From IMG/VR virus record IMGVR_UViG_3300045988_110420: DNA of 37,430 nt. One strand, given 5' to 3'. The position numbers and the translations under genes are program-made. This stretch comes from a virus. Below are positions 13,901-21,859 of this stretch, in pieces; position 1 is the stretch's first letter; every line of letters starts with the position of its first letter. The notes beneath the pieces are model-generated. The model searched no databases. It was not told the origin of the DNA and saw nothing but the letters and a program-made list of their open reading frames with translations.

Positions 13901-16900
13901 CATAAAGCATGGTGTTTTCCGCAGTCATGGCTTGATAGTCTTTTATCATCCGCCGAATGTCTGTTGGCATGATATTCAGTTCTGGATCATCGAATTTCAT
14001 TTTTTCCAGGAAATTCCGCACGCCTTCCATCATGCTTTCCTGCACATGGTATTGGTCTGTGGGACGTTCCACCCATCTTTTCAGCAGCGCCGCTTCTTTC
14101 TCGATGATGTTTTTGTACTTGGCATATTCTGCCCGGTCCCGTCTTTCCTTGTCCCTTGCTTTCAATTTTTCGTAAATGGCACGACGCTGTTTCACAAGTG
14201 CCCTTCCTTCGTGCATTGCCGCAGCCAGTCTGGCATCTTCCAGTTTCTTTTTCTGGTCTTCCTTTGCCTGCTGTAATTTTTCATCGTATCTTTCCTTTAG
14301 ATCTTTCCGCAGATTTTCCCTTGCGGCTCTTGCTCTGGCTTTTTCTTTTTCCAGTTTCTTTTCGTATTTGTCTGCAAATGTTGGCTTCTGCAGCTCGATG
14401 TCAAAATACATATCCCACAGGTCATAAGCCGCATCCATGGCGTATTCGTCCAGATTCATGCCGTAAGGGTTTTCATAGATGGGCTGTAAACTTTCCACCA
14501 CTTCCAGAATATCCATTACGGCATCCACCTGTGTGCTCACACGCTCCACATCCAAAAGTTCCGGGTATTTTTCTGCCATTTCCTGATAAAACACATCTGC
14601 ATAAATGCCGCCCTGTCTGCTCAGGTTGATTTTTCCGAAATTTTCCTTTCTGACAGTGTTGTATCCGCCATAATAGTCAAATTCCTCCGCCATATCCTCT
14701 GTCACTTTGATCTTTGTCTTGCGTACATCGTTCTTGAAGTCCTTGTATGCGTCGGAAAGGTCTGTGTTCAAAACCTTGCTTTCGGATAATGCGTCATACG
14801 CCAGCTTCTGCAATGCGCCCATTACCTTCTGGAAATCCACTCTGTCCCCGGCATTTGCCACGTAATCCGCCAAAGCAACAAATTTTTCTGTGAAATCATC
14901 CACATCATATTCGCTGTCGTGTGCTTTCAGCCATTTTCTAACGGCTTTCTTTGCGCTCACAGGATCATGTACGGCGTATTTCGTAATTTCAAACTGTCTG
15001 CGCAGGGCTTCATTTGCTTCTTTCAGTGCTTCATTTTCTTCCACCAAAGCGTTATAGGCTTCTTCACGGATAGAAAACCGCACACCTTCCACACGATTGA
15101 GCTGTTGCACTCTGCTTTCTTTGCTTCCCGCTTCATATTCCAGCACTTGTGGAATTTTGTTTTCCACTGCCTTTCGCAGATCCACCTCAAGATCATCAGG
15201 TACTACCGCCGCTGCCACTTCCGCAAATTCCACCACACGTTCCGGCTTTGCCTCAAAGAAATCTGTTGGCATTTCCTTAATTTCTTCCAAAACTCTCGCT
15301 GTCTGTTCCGCCAGTTCCATGGAAATGGGATATCCTGCTTTTTTAAGATTCTGCTGGATCTGCTGGGCACTTGGTACTCCCTTTACTTCCTCCGCCATGT
15401 TCTGAATCTGTTCACCAATATCCTCCATTTCATAAACCTCATTGATGCCAGTTTGGCTGCCTGTATCATAAATTTCTTCCAACACACCAAAAAGCCGCTG
15501 GTTCATTTCTTCTCGCAGTGCTTCGAATTCTTCCTTGGGCAAATGCTCCAGTTTTTCTCTTGCTTCCTTGATCTCACCTAAGGAAACAAATCTGTTTGCC
15601 ATGGCTGCCCGCATGGTGTTTTCCCCCATAAACCCTTGGGCATTTTTTCCGCTTTTGGTCTGTGCCTGCATAGTCCGCACCAGTTCTTCCAGAAACGCTC
15701 TTGTTTTGCCGTATTCCTCCTTATCCAGCATAGGAAACATAGGTGTCCAAGCGTCTGCGTCATACACCTTGTTTCTTTCGTCTGCCGGATCAATGGTGTC
15801 TTTCCGAAACACCAGAGAAATTTCCCCAAACTCCTCCGCCGTGGCATCGCTTTTTGTAATGGCAATACTCGGCATGGGAATCCCCTGCAAGTCTAAGAGT
15901 TTGCGCAGTTTCTCACCATTCAGGTTATGAACAGCAATCAGGTCTTTCGTTTCTTCTATTGGTTCTTTCAAGGAAAATCTATTTTTTGATTCTCTTTCTT
16001 TTCCATTGTCTTCTTTTTTTGACTGTGTTATATTTTCCATAAGAGGCAGATCGTTTTTATTTTTATAGGAGAGACGAACTTCGGTTCCAGGGACTTTGGG
16101 ATCTGCCTCTAAATTTATGTCTGAAAAAACTTGTTTTCTATTTTTTATGCTTGTCTTTTCCCCTCTCTGCATTTCCCCGGCTTTCTTCATTTCCTCCGCC
16201 AGCATTTTTGCCAGTTTCTCTGTTTCCTTGATGTCCTTTCTGATTTCCTCCCCGAATGAGGAAAAACGCCCGTCATTGACCAGCCCTTTCAATGTTTCCA
16301 GCAGATTTTCCAGAAATTCTTTGATTTTTTCCAGTACAGAAGGATTTGTCTGATGCATTTCTGTCACAAACGCCCGCAGGCTCTTTTCGTCCCCTGCAAT
16401 TTCTGCGAAAGCATCCGCTGTCATTTCTTCCAGGATCACATCATAGCCCGCTTCCTGTCCGGCTTCTCGATACGCCTCCCCGTATCTTTTTTCATAGCTC
16501 TTGATATATGATTCCGTGTCCATGCCTTTCATGGCAGCCGCCGCAGAAAATACCGCCTGCCGCATCCGGTCATATCCTTCCGGGTTCGCTTCTCTCAAAT
16601 AGTGGGTTGCTTCATGGAATAAGGTTCCCGCAAACTGTCCACTGTTCAGCGCAATGGTAACACGCCCTTTGTTGTTTTCGTAATATCCACGTCTGTCCTG
16701 TGGCAGTTCATCTACCAGCACCACTTCCAACTCTGCCACTCGGCTCACCAACTCCGCAAGACTTCTCTGTTCCTTTGTCACAGCATCCGTTTCCAGAAAC
16801 ACGCCGGCAGTCTGTCCCATTTTTCCTGTGCCTTTCATCCTTGCTTCCAGGTCTGTTTTCCGGTCGTTCACCCCTGCCAGATATGCCGCGCTCAAAAGCC

Positions 16901-18734
16901 CCTTGTCTGCCACAATGGTTTCCGCCGTCTGTTTGATGTCGCTTTCTTTTACCCCCGTAAGTCCCGCTGTGTAATATGTCTGAAAAGCAGGAATAAAAGA
17001 TGTGCCCCCTCTCCGTTCCGCTTCTTCGTTGACCAACTTTTGCCCTTCGGTGTAGTAGTACTTTTCTCCAAAATCCCGCAGGGCTTTGTTTTGCTGCGTC
17101 ACTTCCGGCACATTTTCTCTGTTTACCATCACATTTCCCTGTTCTGGCAACATATTTTCTCTGTTTGATAACACATTTCCTTGTTCTGGCAACATATTTT
17201 CTCTTTCCGGTAACACATTCCCTTGTTCTGGCAACATATTTTCTCTTTCCGGTAACACATTCCCCTGTTCCTTCAGCATCGTTTCTGGCTGTGTCCCTTC
17301 CGGCACTTCTGCCTTTCCTTGGCTTCTCATGGCATTTGTTCTCTGTGTCACTTCGTTTCCCGCATTTGTCATAGCGTCCCTTGCTGTTTCCACCGGATTT
17401 CCAGCCATTTCCAAAGTGTTTCTTCCGGTCATACGGCTCAGTCCGCCAATACCTCCGGCAATGACACCGCCGCTGGCAGCACCCACAGCCCCACTATATC
17501 CAACCTGCTTGATACCCTCCATGAGTGCTGTTTTCACAGCTTCGCTTTCCGTTGCACCGTTTTCCATGGCGGTCTGTGCAATCTGTTTCATCTGGCTGTT
17601 ATCTCCCATAATGAGCGTATCCGCCAGAAGGTTTGCAATCTCAGAAGTGGCTTCTTCTGCACCTTCAGACGCTGCCTGCGGCAAAAGACTTTTCAAAAAT
17701 GTGGAAACTGCACCTTTGTTTTTTGTGATTTTTCCCAGTTCAAATAAACGATCATACCCCAATTTCTCTGTGATGGCTTCTGCCGCACCTCCTGCCAGAC
17801 CATACATGACTGCTTCGTCTGTTGTGCCGCCTCTTTCCAGTGCTTCCTTTGTGTTTCCTGCTGCCGCACCTGCCGCCATGACATATGGTGTCAAAGGTCC
17901 CAGTGTCGCTGCCTGTGTGCCCCAGTCGAACACCGCAAGCCCAGCCTCTTTGGCAAATTTCTCTGCACCGGTACTGTCTCCCATCAGTCCTTCTGCCAAT
18001 CCTTCATTCATGTTCACACCGCCCATGAGTGGGTGATAAGGGTCAACGGGCTTGTCCGCTCCTTCCATTGCCGCCGCGTAAACTGCCCCGGCTGCCTGTC
18101 CAATGTTCCCAACTGCACGGGCATACAGCGCCGCCGCTGTGCTTTCCTCCGCCAGCTTCTTTGCATCCTCTCTTTTCTGCATGGCTGCTCTCTGGTTCAC
18201 ATCCATTTCCAGTGCATCCAGATATTCCTGTGCCTTTTCCACCTGTCCTCTGTCACGGTAATACTTATACACTGCCGCTTCCCGGTCCGTCATGTAATCA
18301 TATTTTGTCCGTACTTCATTACGTTTCAGTGTTGGATTGACAGTACCGCCGCCCCCGGTATCCGGCAGGATCAGCTTACTCACATCCCCCTTTGGCGGGA
18401 TCACTGCCGGCAGTTTTGCCCCATTTTCCAAAACCTTTGCTTTGTTTCTGCTTTCCGTCAATGCCTGACTGTATGTTTTTGTAGTATTTGTTTTCCGTTT
18501 CAGCACAGGATTTTCCCGTACATTCCCAAAAGAAATGATGGGGTTTACGGTCCCCCCTGCCACCTTTGGTGCCAGATCAGATGCCTTCACTCTCTTGTAG
18601 TTCTCCCAAACTGTGTTGTAACTGTCATTTCCATTGTCCAGTCTTACCCCGGTTTTTTCATCGTATCTTGTAGTATCAGCACCTTTTGCCCTTGTTTCTT
18701 CTGCTTTTTTTCTTAAAAAATCACTTGCTCCCAC
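10983..18734 (-). CDS. Giant polyvalent virion-associated protein (2,583 aa) with HExxH zincin-like module
   Basis: Single uninterrupted ORF. GTG start 7 nt after GGAGGG. Gly/Ala-rich hydrophobic N-terminal third, 14-aa tandem repeats, LFHEATHYL motif (codons at 16602-16616), and RFS(L/I)(K/R)E module boundaries. Confidence 0.9.
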   Translation of the reverse strand: MGASDFLRKKAEETRAKGADTTRYDEKTGVRLDNGNDSYNTVWENYKRVKASDLAPKVAGGTVNPIISFGNVRENPVLKRKTNTTKTYSQALTESRNKAKVLENGAKLPAVIPPKGDVSKLILPDTGGGGTVNPTLKRNEVRTKYDYMTDREAAVYKYYRDRGQVEKAQEYLDALEMDVNQRAAMQKREDAKKLAEESTAAALYARAVGNIGQAAGAVYAAAMEGADKPVDPYHPLMGGVNMNEGLAEGLMGDSTGAEKFAKEAGLAVFDWGTQAATLGPLTPYVMAAGAAAGNTKEALERGGTTDEAVMYGLAGGAAEAITEKLGYDRLFELGKITKNKGAVSTFLKSLLPQAASEGAEEATSEIANLLADTLIMGDNSQMKQIAQTAMENGATESEAVKTALMEGIKQVGYSGAVGAASGGVIAGGIGGLSRMTGRNTLEMAGNPVETARDAMTNAGNEVTQRTNAMRSQGKAEVPEGTQPETMLKEQGNVLPERENMLPEQGNVLPERENMLPEQGNVLSNRENMLPEQGNVMVNRENVPEVTQQNKALRDFGEKYYYTEGQKLVNEEAERRGGTSFIPAFQTYYTAGLTGVKESDIKQTAETIVADKGLLSAAYLAGVNDRKTDLEARMKGTGKMGQTAGVFLETDAVTKEQRSLAELVSRVAELEVVLVDELPQDRRGYYENNKGRVTIALNSGQFAGTLFHEATHYLREANPEGYDRMRQAVFSAAAAMKGMDTESYIKSYEKRYGEAYREAGQEAGYDVILEEMTADAFAEIAGDEKSLRAFVTEMHQTNPSVLEKIKEFLENLLETLKGLVNDGRFSSFGEEIRKDIKETEKLAKMLAEEMKKAGEMQRGEKTSIKNRKQVFSDINLEADPKVPGTEVRLSYKNKNDLPLMENITQSKKEDNGKERESKNRFSLKEPIEETKDLIAVHNLNGEKLRKLLDLQGIPMPSIAITKSDATAEEFGEISLVFRKDTIDPADERNKVYDADAWTPMFPMLDKEEYGKTRAFLEELVRTMQAQTKSGKNAQGFMGENTMRAAMANRFVSLGEIKEAREKLEHLPKEEFEALREEMNQRLFGVLEEIYDTGSQTGINEVYEMEDIGEQIQNMAEEVKGVPSAQQIQQNLKKAGYPISMELAEQTARVLEEIKEMPTDFFEAKPERVVEFAEVAAAVVPDDLEVDLRKAVENKIPQVLEYEAGSKESRVQQLNRVEGVRFSIREEAYNALVEENEALKEANEALRRQFEITKYAVHDPVSAKKAVRKWLKAHDSEYDVDDFTEKFVALADYVANAGDRVDFQKVMGALQKLAYDALSESKVLNTDLSDAYKDFKNDVRKTKIKVTEDMAEEFDYYGGYNTVRKENFGKINLSRQGGIYADVFYQEMAEKYPELLDVERVSTQVDAVMDILEVVESLQPIYENPYGMNLDEYAMDAAYDLWDMYFDIELQKPTFADKYEKKLEKEKARARAARENLRKDLKERYDEKLQQAKEDQKKKLEDARLAAAMHEGRALVKQRRAIYEKLKARDKERRDRAEYAKYKNIIEKEAALLKRWVERPTDQYHVQESMMEGVRNFLEKMKFDDPELNIMPTDIRRMIKDYQAMTAENTMLYAEEDENVQAMLESLADRVGDGVKVSELGPTEMRQLSVVIRSVSHLVRNANRMVSIKNGEKISTIGNAYMEDVENKKTKNPDSRLRVLSDMMNVQMLDTESFFKEMGKTVHDTIYRGLREGFDRKILHVKEASEFMQKTVDKKKIREWGEMEPKEYTLSGGKILLTDAQIMSLYCLMRRTQARGHIFGGGIKGEPVVHKVRGQRKIVKNTEPVEVTAADVTKLMSNLTEEQKKAALEIQGYLESVASWGNEVTMNMLGYKKFTETNYFPIVTDENYINTMYGARGEKNSTLQTMGITKQTNREAKNPIILENIFDAYVRHIDQMSSYNAFVPALSDLNKFMNYREMVRVVDGKKFGENRSVKETMQRVMGPAGDKYVRDLMERLNNPAVKEDVERLPRIFLRNMKIASVGANLRVIIQQPVSYLRAADEIGVGYLMGALVPSKTDFEKVYEYAPIAQWKEWGNYEMNVGRTMKELLVGQNFYESFLEKSMIAAGVMDKLTWGRIWRAAELEVKKKHPELTGNRYYETVGKRFSEIIDGTQVVDSILHRNQMMRSQSLFSQMATSFMSEPTKTYNMMRNSMVAVIKDNTPENRKKVVRTFMTLVANGVCVAAAAGLVDMLRDDDDDETLLEKWLQAFRGDFTEAESVSDYILAAIGSNLGNSFNPLGYIPYMRDIFSVIQGYTVQRTDISWLNDLVKSGKNLMRYMSGESNYTLNAVLMDAAGSLSKATGIPINSAKRDILAIKNTIVNYTLGLDAQYENQKLTYDVGSEKNINMYVKMMLEAKMSGNEQIATRIYNDMVNGGISNEKIDNKIKTEQVKAIKEEPEAMEAAKAYNEGRVDDYTRNVEALAKKGYFMANIESAVESLTKPPAEDEETFETITKDYWKEEGEVESADYALLFNAYMNGNMADYEKMWSILNAAGKEDKDIRSSMRSRLKSEYWKAKEAGDSQRMQRAADEFYRLGGKRETLEKAPQ
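17109..17282 (-). repeat. In-frame 42-bp tandem repeat x about 4 (ENMLPEQGNVLPER units) inside the giant gene
   Basis: The DNA and the protein (KEQGNVLPERENMLPEQGNVLPERENMLPEQGNVLSNRENMLPEQGNVMVNREN) show the same periodicity. Confidence 0.9.
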
Positions 18735-18746
18735 GTGATTCCCTCC

Positions 18747-20012
18747 TTATCTTGCCGGCGTATAATACACTCTGTTGTCCAGAATTGTTTCTCGGATATA
18801 ACCTTTATCCACCATTTCTTCCAATTTGGAATAGTCCAGCCATCCAAAACCGGCTACTTCTACTTGCGATCCATTATTTCTGTTTTGAATTTCTAAATCC
18901 GCACTTGTGCTATTTGTACTTTTTGTCCCGCTGCTTCCGCTGCTCTTACTGCTACTGCTTTTTTTACTACTGCTACTGCTGCTTTTTCCCGCTGTATATG
19001 CCTGCTGTGCCTGCCGGATGGCGGCGTTTCCCTGTGCCCGTTCTACTTGCTGTAAAAATTCTAAAAATGTGGTATCGTATCCCAGTTCTTTTAATGCCTC
19101 AATATCTCCGATTGCCAGAGCGTTGTCGATGGCGTTCTGCCTTTCTTCCTGCGTCATCTGCCATTTTGTTGTACCTTCGTTGAAATCAAAATCTCTGTCA
19201 CTTTCAAAGATTCCTCTGTCAAACTCGTTCTCATAGTTGTTCTGTCCCATAGCCTCCAGCATGGCATTATAAGCAAAATCCCTGTCCGCCTGTGAAAATC
19301 CTCTTTCTGTTGCATACTGTCCAAACAACCTGCTTTCTTCCTGCTGCAGTGCAGTCATTTCATCAAACAGATCTCCCAGTTCGTCACGGTATCTGCCGTA
19401 TGCGTTCTGTTCCAGCTGTGGCACAACATCATTGAGCCCCTCTAAATAACGGTCGTAACTCTGCTGTGCCGCTGTTGCCCCGTAGGTACTGCCGTAACCG
19501 CCTGTCATGGCTGCTGTCTGCGCCGCTGTATCCTCCATGGCTCTTTTCCCTTCCCGGATATACTGGTCTCTGTACTGCTGGTACATAGGGTCGTCCATCA
19601 AATCATATTCAAATGGATCACGGTTCCCGATTTCGTCCAGAATATCTTCGATTTCACTTTCATATTTCGGAGTCCATGTAGGTGCGTTCCCTTTATATGC
19701 CCCGTTCAGACGGTCAAAAATCGCCTGTATATTGTCCTCGTTCGCCGCACTGCTTGGCTTCACGTATGTGGGGCTGTATTCCCCGCTCATGCCGTCTGTA
19801 CCGCCGCTGTAATTTCCGTAATACTTGCGGATGTTCTCCGCCCGGTTGTGGGCTGCGTCCTTTTCCTCTTTTGTCGTTGCGTTTGCCCAGTCCTGTCTTG
19901 CCTTGATGATTTCTTCCAATGCCCCAAAGTTCTGCCGTCCCAGATCCATGTCCGCCTGAGAAATGCTCAAATTCGGGTTTTCCTTCAAATATTCTTCCAG
20001 TGTTTTTGCCAT
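18747..20012 (-). CDS. Virion-module protein of unknown function (421 aa) with poly-Ser linker
   Basis: AAAAGGAGG RBS. Asp/Glu/Tyr-rich body, GKSSSSSSKKSSSSKSSGSSGTKSTNSTS linker, small C-terminal domain. Translationally adjacent to the giant gene. Confidence 0.8.
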   Translation of the reverse strand: MAKTLEEYLKENPNLSISQADMDLGRQNFGALEEIIKARQDWANATTKEEKDAAHNRAENIRKYYGNYSGGTDGMSGEYSPTYVKPSSAANEDNIQAIFDRLNGAYKGNAPTWTPKYESEIEDILDEIGNRDPFEYDLMDDPMYQQYRDQYIREGKRAMEDTAAQTAAMTGGYGSTYGATAAQQSYDRYLEGLNDVVPQLEQNAYGRYRDELGDLFDEMTALQQEESRLFGQYATERGFSQADRDFAYNAMLEAMGQNNYENEFDRGIFESDRDFDFNEGTTKWQMTQEERQNAIDNALAIGDIEALKELGYDTTFLEFLQQVERAQGNAAIRQAQQAYTAGKSSSSSSKKSSSSKSSGSSGTKSTNSTSADLEIQNRNNGSQVEVAGFGWLDYSKLEEMVDKGYIRETILDNRVYYTPAR

Positions 20013-20084
20013 AGCTCCCGACCTCCTTTTTTCTTTTCATTCTAAAGAAATCAGACGCAAACTTCCCCCATGCCCTTTTGGTAC

Positions 20085-20123
20085 AAAAAAAGAACGCCAT
20101 TTCTGACGTTCTTTTCTTTTTTT
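20085..20123. terminator. Bidirectional stem-loop terminator (AAAGAACG-10nt-CGTTCTTT with A/T-run flanks)
   Basis: Read directly. T-runs follow the stem on both strands. Confidence 0.6.
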
Positions 20124-20167
20124 CAAAGGGTGTCGTTTTGAACGACCCCCTTTTTCCATACACACAT

Positions 20168-20202
20168 AAAAAAATACCCCACCTTCCGGCAGGGTATTTT
20201 TT
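20168..20202. terminator. Bidirectional stem-loop terminator (AAAAAATACCC...GGGTATTTTTT)
   Basis: Read directly. It lies 62 nt downstream (minus sense) of the 99-aa gene stop. Confidence 0.6.
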
Positions 20203-20263
20203 CGCAGTATGCTATTGATTTTTATGACATCTACTTTCCCGATTTCATTATACCATACTTTTT

Positions 20264-20563
20264 TCAGAAAAGAAATAAAATTTTATGCATCTCCGCAGGC
20301 TTCACCCTGCACCCCATCTTCCGCACATCCACCGTATGAATAGGCACTTCCATGGTTTCTTCCAAAATCCTGTCTGTTTCTGCCTTCCATGTGCTTCTGT
20401 CCTTCGTTGCCTCCTGCAGCTCACTTTTCACTGCTTCCGCCGCCCGGTTCAGCTGCAAGGCGTTCCCCAGCATCAAAAGCGCCGCTTCTGCTTCCATTTC
20501 CTTGCTGTAAAGGTTCGCCACGCTGTCCAGACTTTCGATGATAGCTCTTTTCTTCAGTTTCAT
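20264..20563 (-). CDS. Hypothetical protein (99 aa) downstream of the S74 fibre
   Basis: ORF track. ATGA overlap with the fibre gene stop. Helical, Ala/Glu/Leu-rich. Confidence 0.6.
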   Translation of the reverse strand: MKLKKRAIIESLDSVANLYSKEMEAEAALLMLGNALQLNRAAEAVKSELQEATKDRSTWKAETDRILEETMEVPIHTVDVRKMGCRVKPAEMHKILFLF

Positions 20564-21855
20564 GCTTTCCCCTCCAATGCTTCTACTCGTTTATATAACT
20601 GCTGTATCATATAGGTATTCAGCGCCACAAATTCCCCATACCGCAAAGCGTATCGGTAGTCCACGATTTCCGCCCCTTCTAACGGTACACCGCTTCTTGT
20701 TACTTCTGAATATTCCGGGCTTTTTATAAAACCCGCAAAGTCAAGGCTGGTCAGCCCATTGTCTGCCAGATTTTCTTCGATGTCCTGGGCAATGAATCCA
20801 ATGTGTAATCGGTTGCTTGTTCCATTGTTCATCTTGTAAGGCGTCGGCTTCAGCTCTAAGAAAAACTTTTCGTATTTCGTCAGGTCGTATGTGATACTGT
20901 TTTTCTTTCTCCGGTCAGATGTGTTGATGGTGCCCACCTCGGCATATACCTCACGCCAAAGCCTGGATGATGTCCCCAGTCTGGATACCGCGTCTGTTCC
21001 GCAGTAAAAGTTCAAGTCCGTCACATAATAGTCTATGCCCGTTGTGAATACCACATCATAAGACGTACAGTACACGGCGCTGTTCCCGTTGGTCATTCTT
21101 GCGCCCCGGTCTGTTGCAATGAAAAGACTGCTCTCTGTGGCATCTGTCATCATAATGCCGTATGTCCTGCCTTCGCCATCGTCCCCTCTGCCGTATCCGA
21201 TGTATCCCCCTTCATAACTGGTATCATAACTGTCCTCGTAAACAGTCATCAGCCCGCCTAATGCGATATAGTCCGCCAGTATCAGTCCGGTTGTGATATT
21301 GTCCCCGTTGATGGTTGTTTGTCCGCTCCGTTCAAGGTCGTTAAATGTCACGAATCCCGTAATATCCACTTCCTCTGCCACCAAACTTGCCATACGGCTG
21401 GTCAATGTGAAATTTGATGCGCTTGTACCACTTGCCACGATCCAGCTGATCTTGTCCGCCTCCTGGCTCACCATGGACAATTCCCCATCAATGTTCGCAA
21501 CCGTGCTTTTTATGCCTTCAGTGGTCTGTTCCAAAATGGAAATATTCCCCTCCATATCTGCCACGGTAGAAGAAATCCCGTTCACTGTCTGTTCCAGCAG
21601 GGAAAAATTCCCCTCTAAGTCCGAAACCAGAGAAGAAATCTTCCCCTGCTCCACTTGTAAACTGGTAAGCCCTTTCTCTGTCTTGATGTAGTTCTGGAAG
21701 GCACTAGGTGTATAGTTCTCCTCTGGGTCGATGTTCTGGAACATGTACCGCAACTTTTCATCCAGCAGGGCAAGATAATTGAGTATCTGCTGTCGTTCTT
21801 TTCTATCGTCAATTCCTCCCATATCCGGTAATTGGATACCGCTGTAAATCGCCAT
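20560..21855 (-). CDS. Tail fibre/spike with C-terminal peptidase S74 intramolecular chaperone domain
   Basis: C-terminus TSDRRKKNSITYDL...LKPTPYKMNN...RLHIGFIAQDIEENL...VDYRYALRYGEFVALNTYMIQQLYKRVEALE (nt 20560-20919). N-terminal coiled-coil repeats (LEGNFSLLEQT/MEGNISILEQT). Confidence 0.9.
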   Translation of the reverse strand: MAIYSGIQLPDMGGIDDRKERQQILNYLALLDEKLRYMFQNIDPEENYTPSAFQNYIKTEKGLTSLQVEQGKISSLVSDLEGNFSLLEQTVNGISSTVADMEGNISILEQTTEGIKSTVANIDGELSMVSQEADKISWIVASGTSASNFTLTSRMASLVAEEVDITGFVTFNDLERSGQTTINGDNITTGLILADYIALGGLMTVYEDSYDTSYEGGYIGYGRGDDGEGRTYGIMMTDATESSLFIATDRGARMTNGNSAVYCTSYDVVFTTGIDYYVTDLNFYCGTDAVSRLGTSSRLWREVYAEVGTINTSDRRKKNSITYDLTKYEKFFLELKPTPYKMNNGTSNRLHIGFIAQDIEENLADNGLTSLDFAGFIKSPEYSEVTRSGVPLEGAEIVDYRYALRYGEFVALNTYMIQQLYKRVEALEGKA

Positions 21856-21859
21856 GGCA

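Noticed and set aside
17109-17282. Possible CRISPR-like array (regular 42-bp periodicity)
   Set aside because: There are no unique spacers, because the units abut directly. The array is in frame inside a coding sequence and translates to a peptide repeat.
11776-18716. Many plus-strand ORFs (up to 316 aa) inside the giant gene
   Set aside because: They are antisense shadows of one continuous 2,583-codon ORF. Their products are low-complexity and Cys/Phe-rich, and they have no translation signals.
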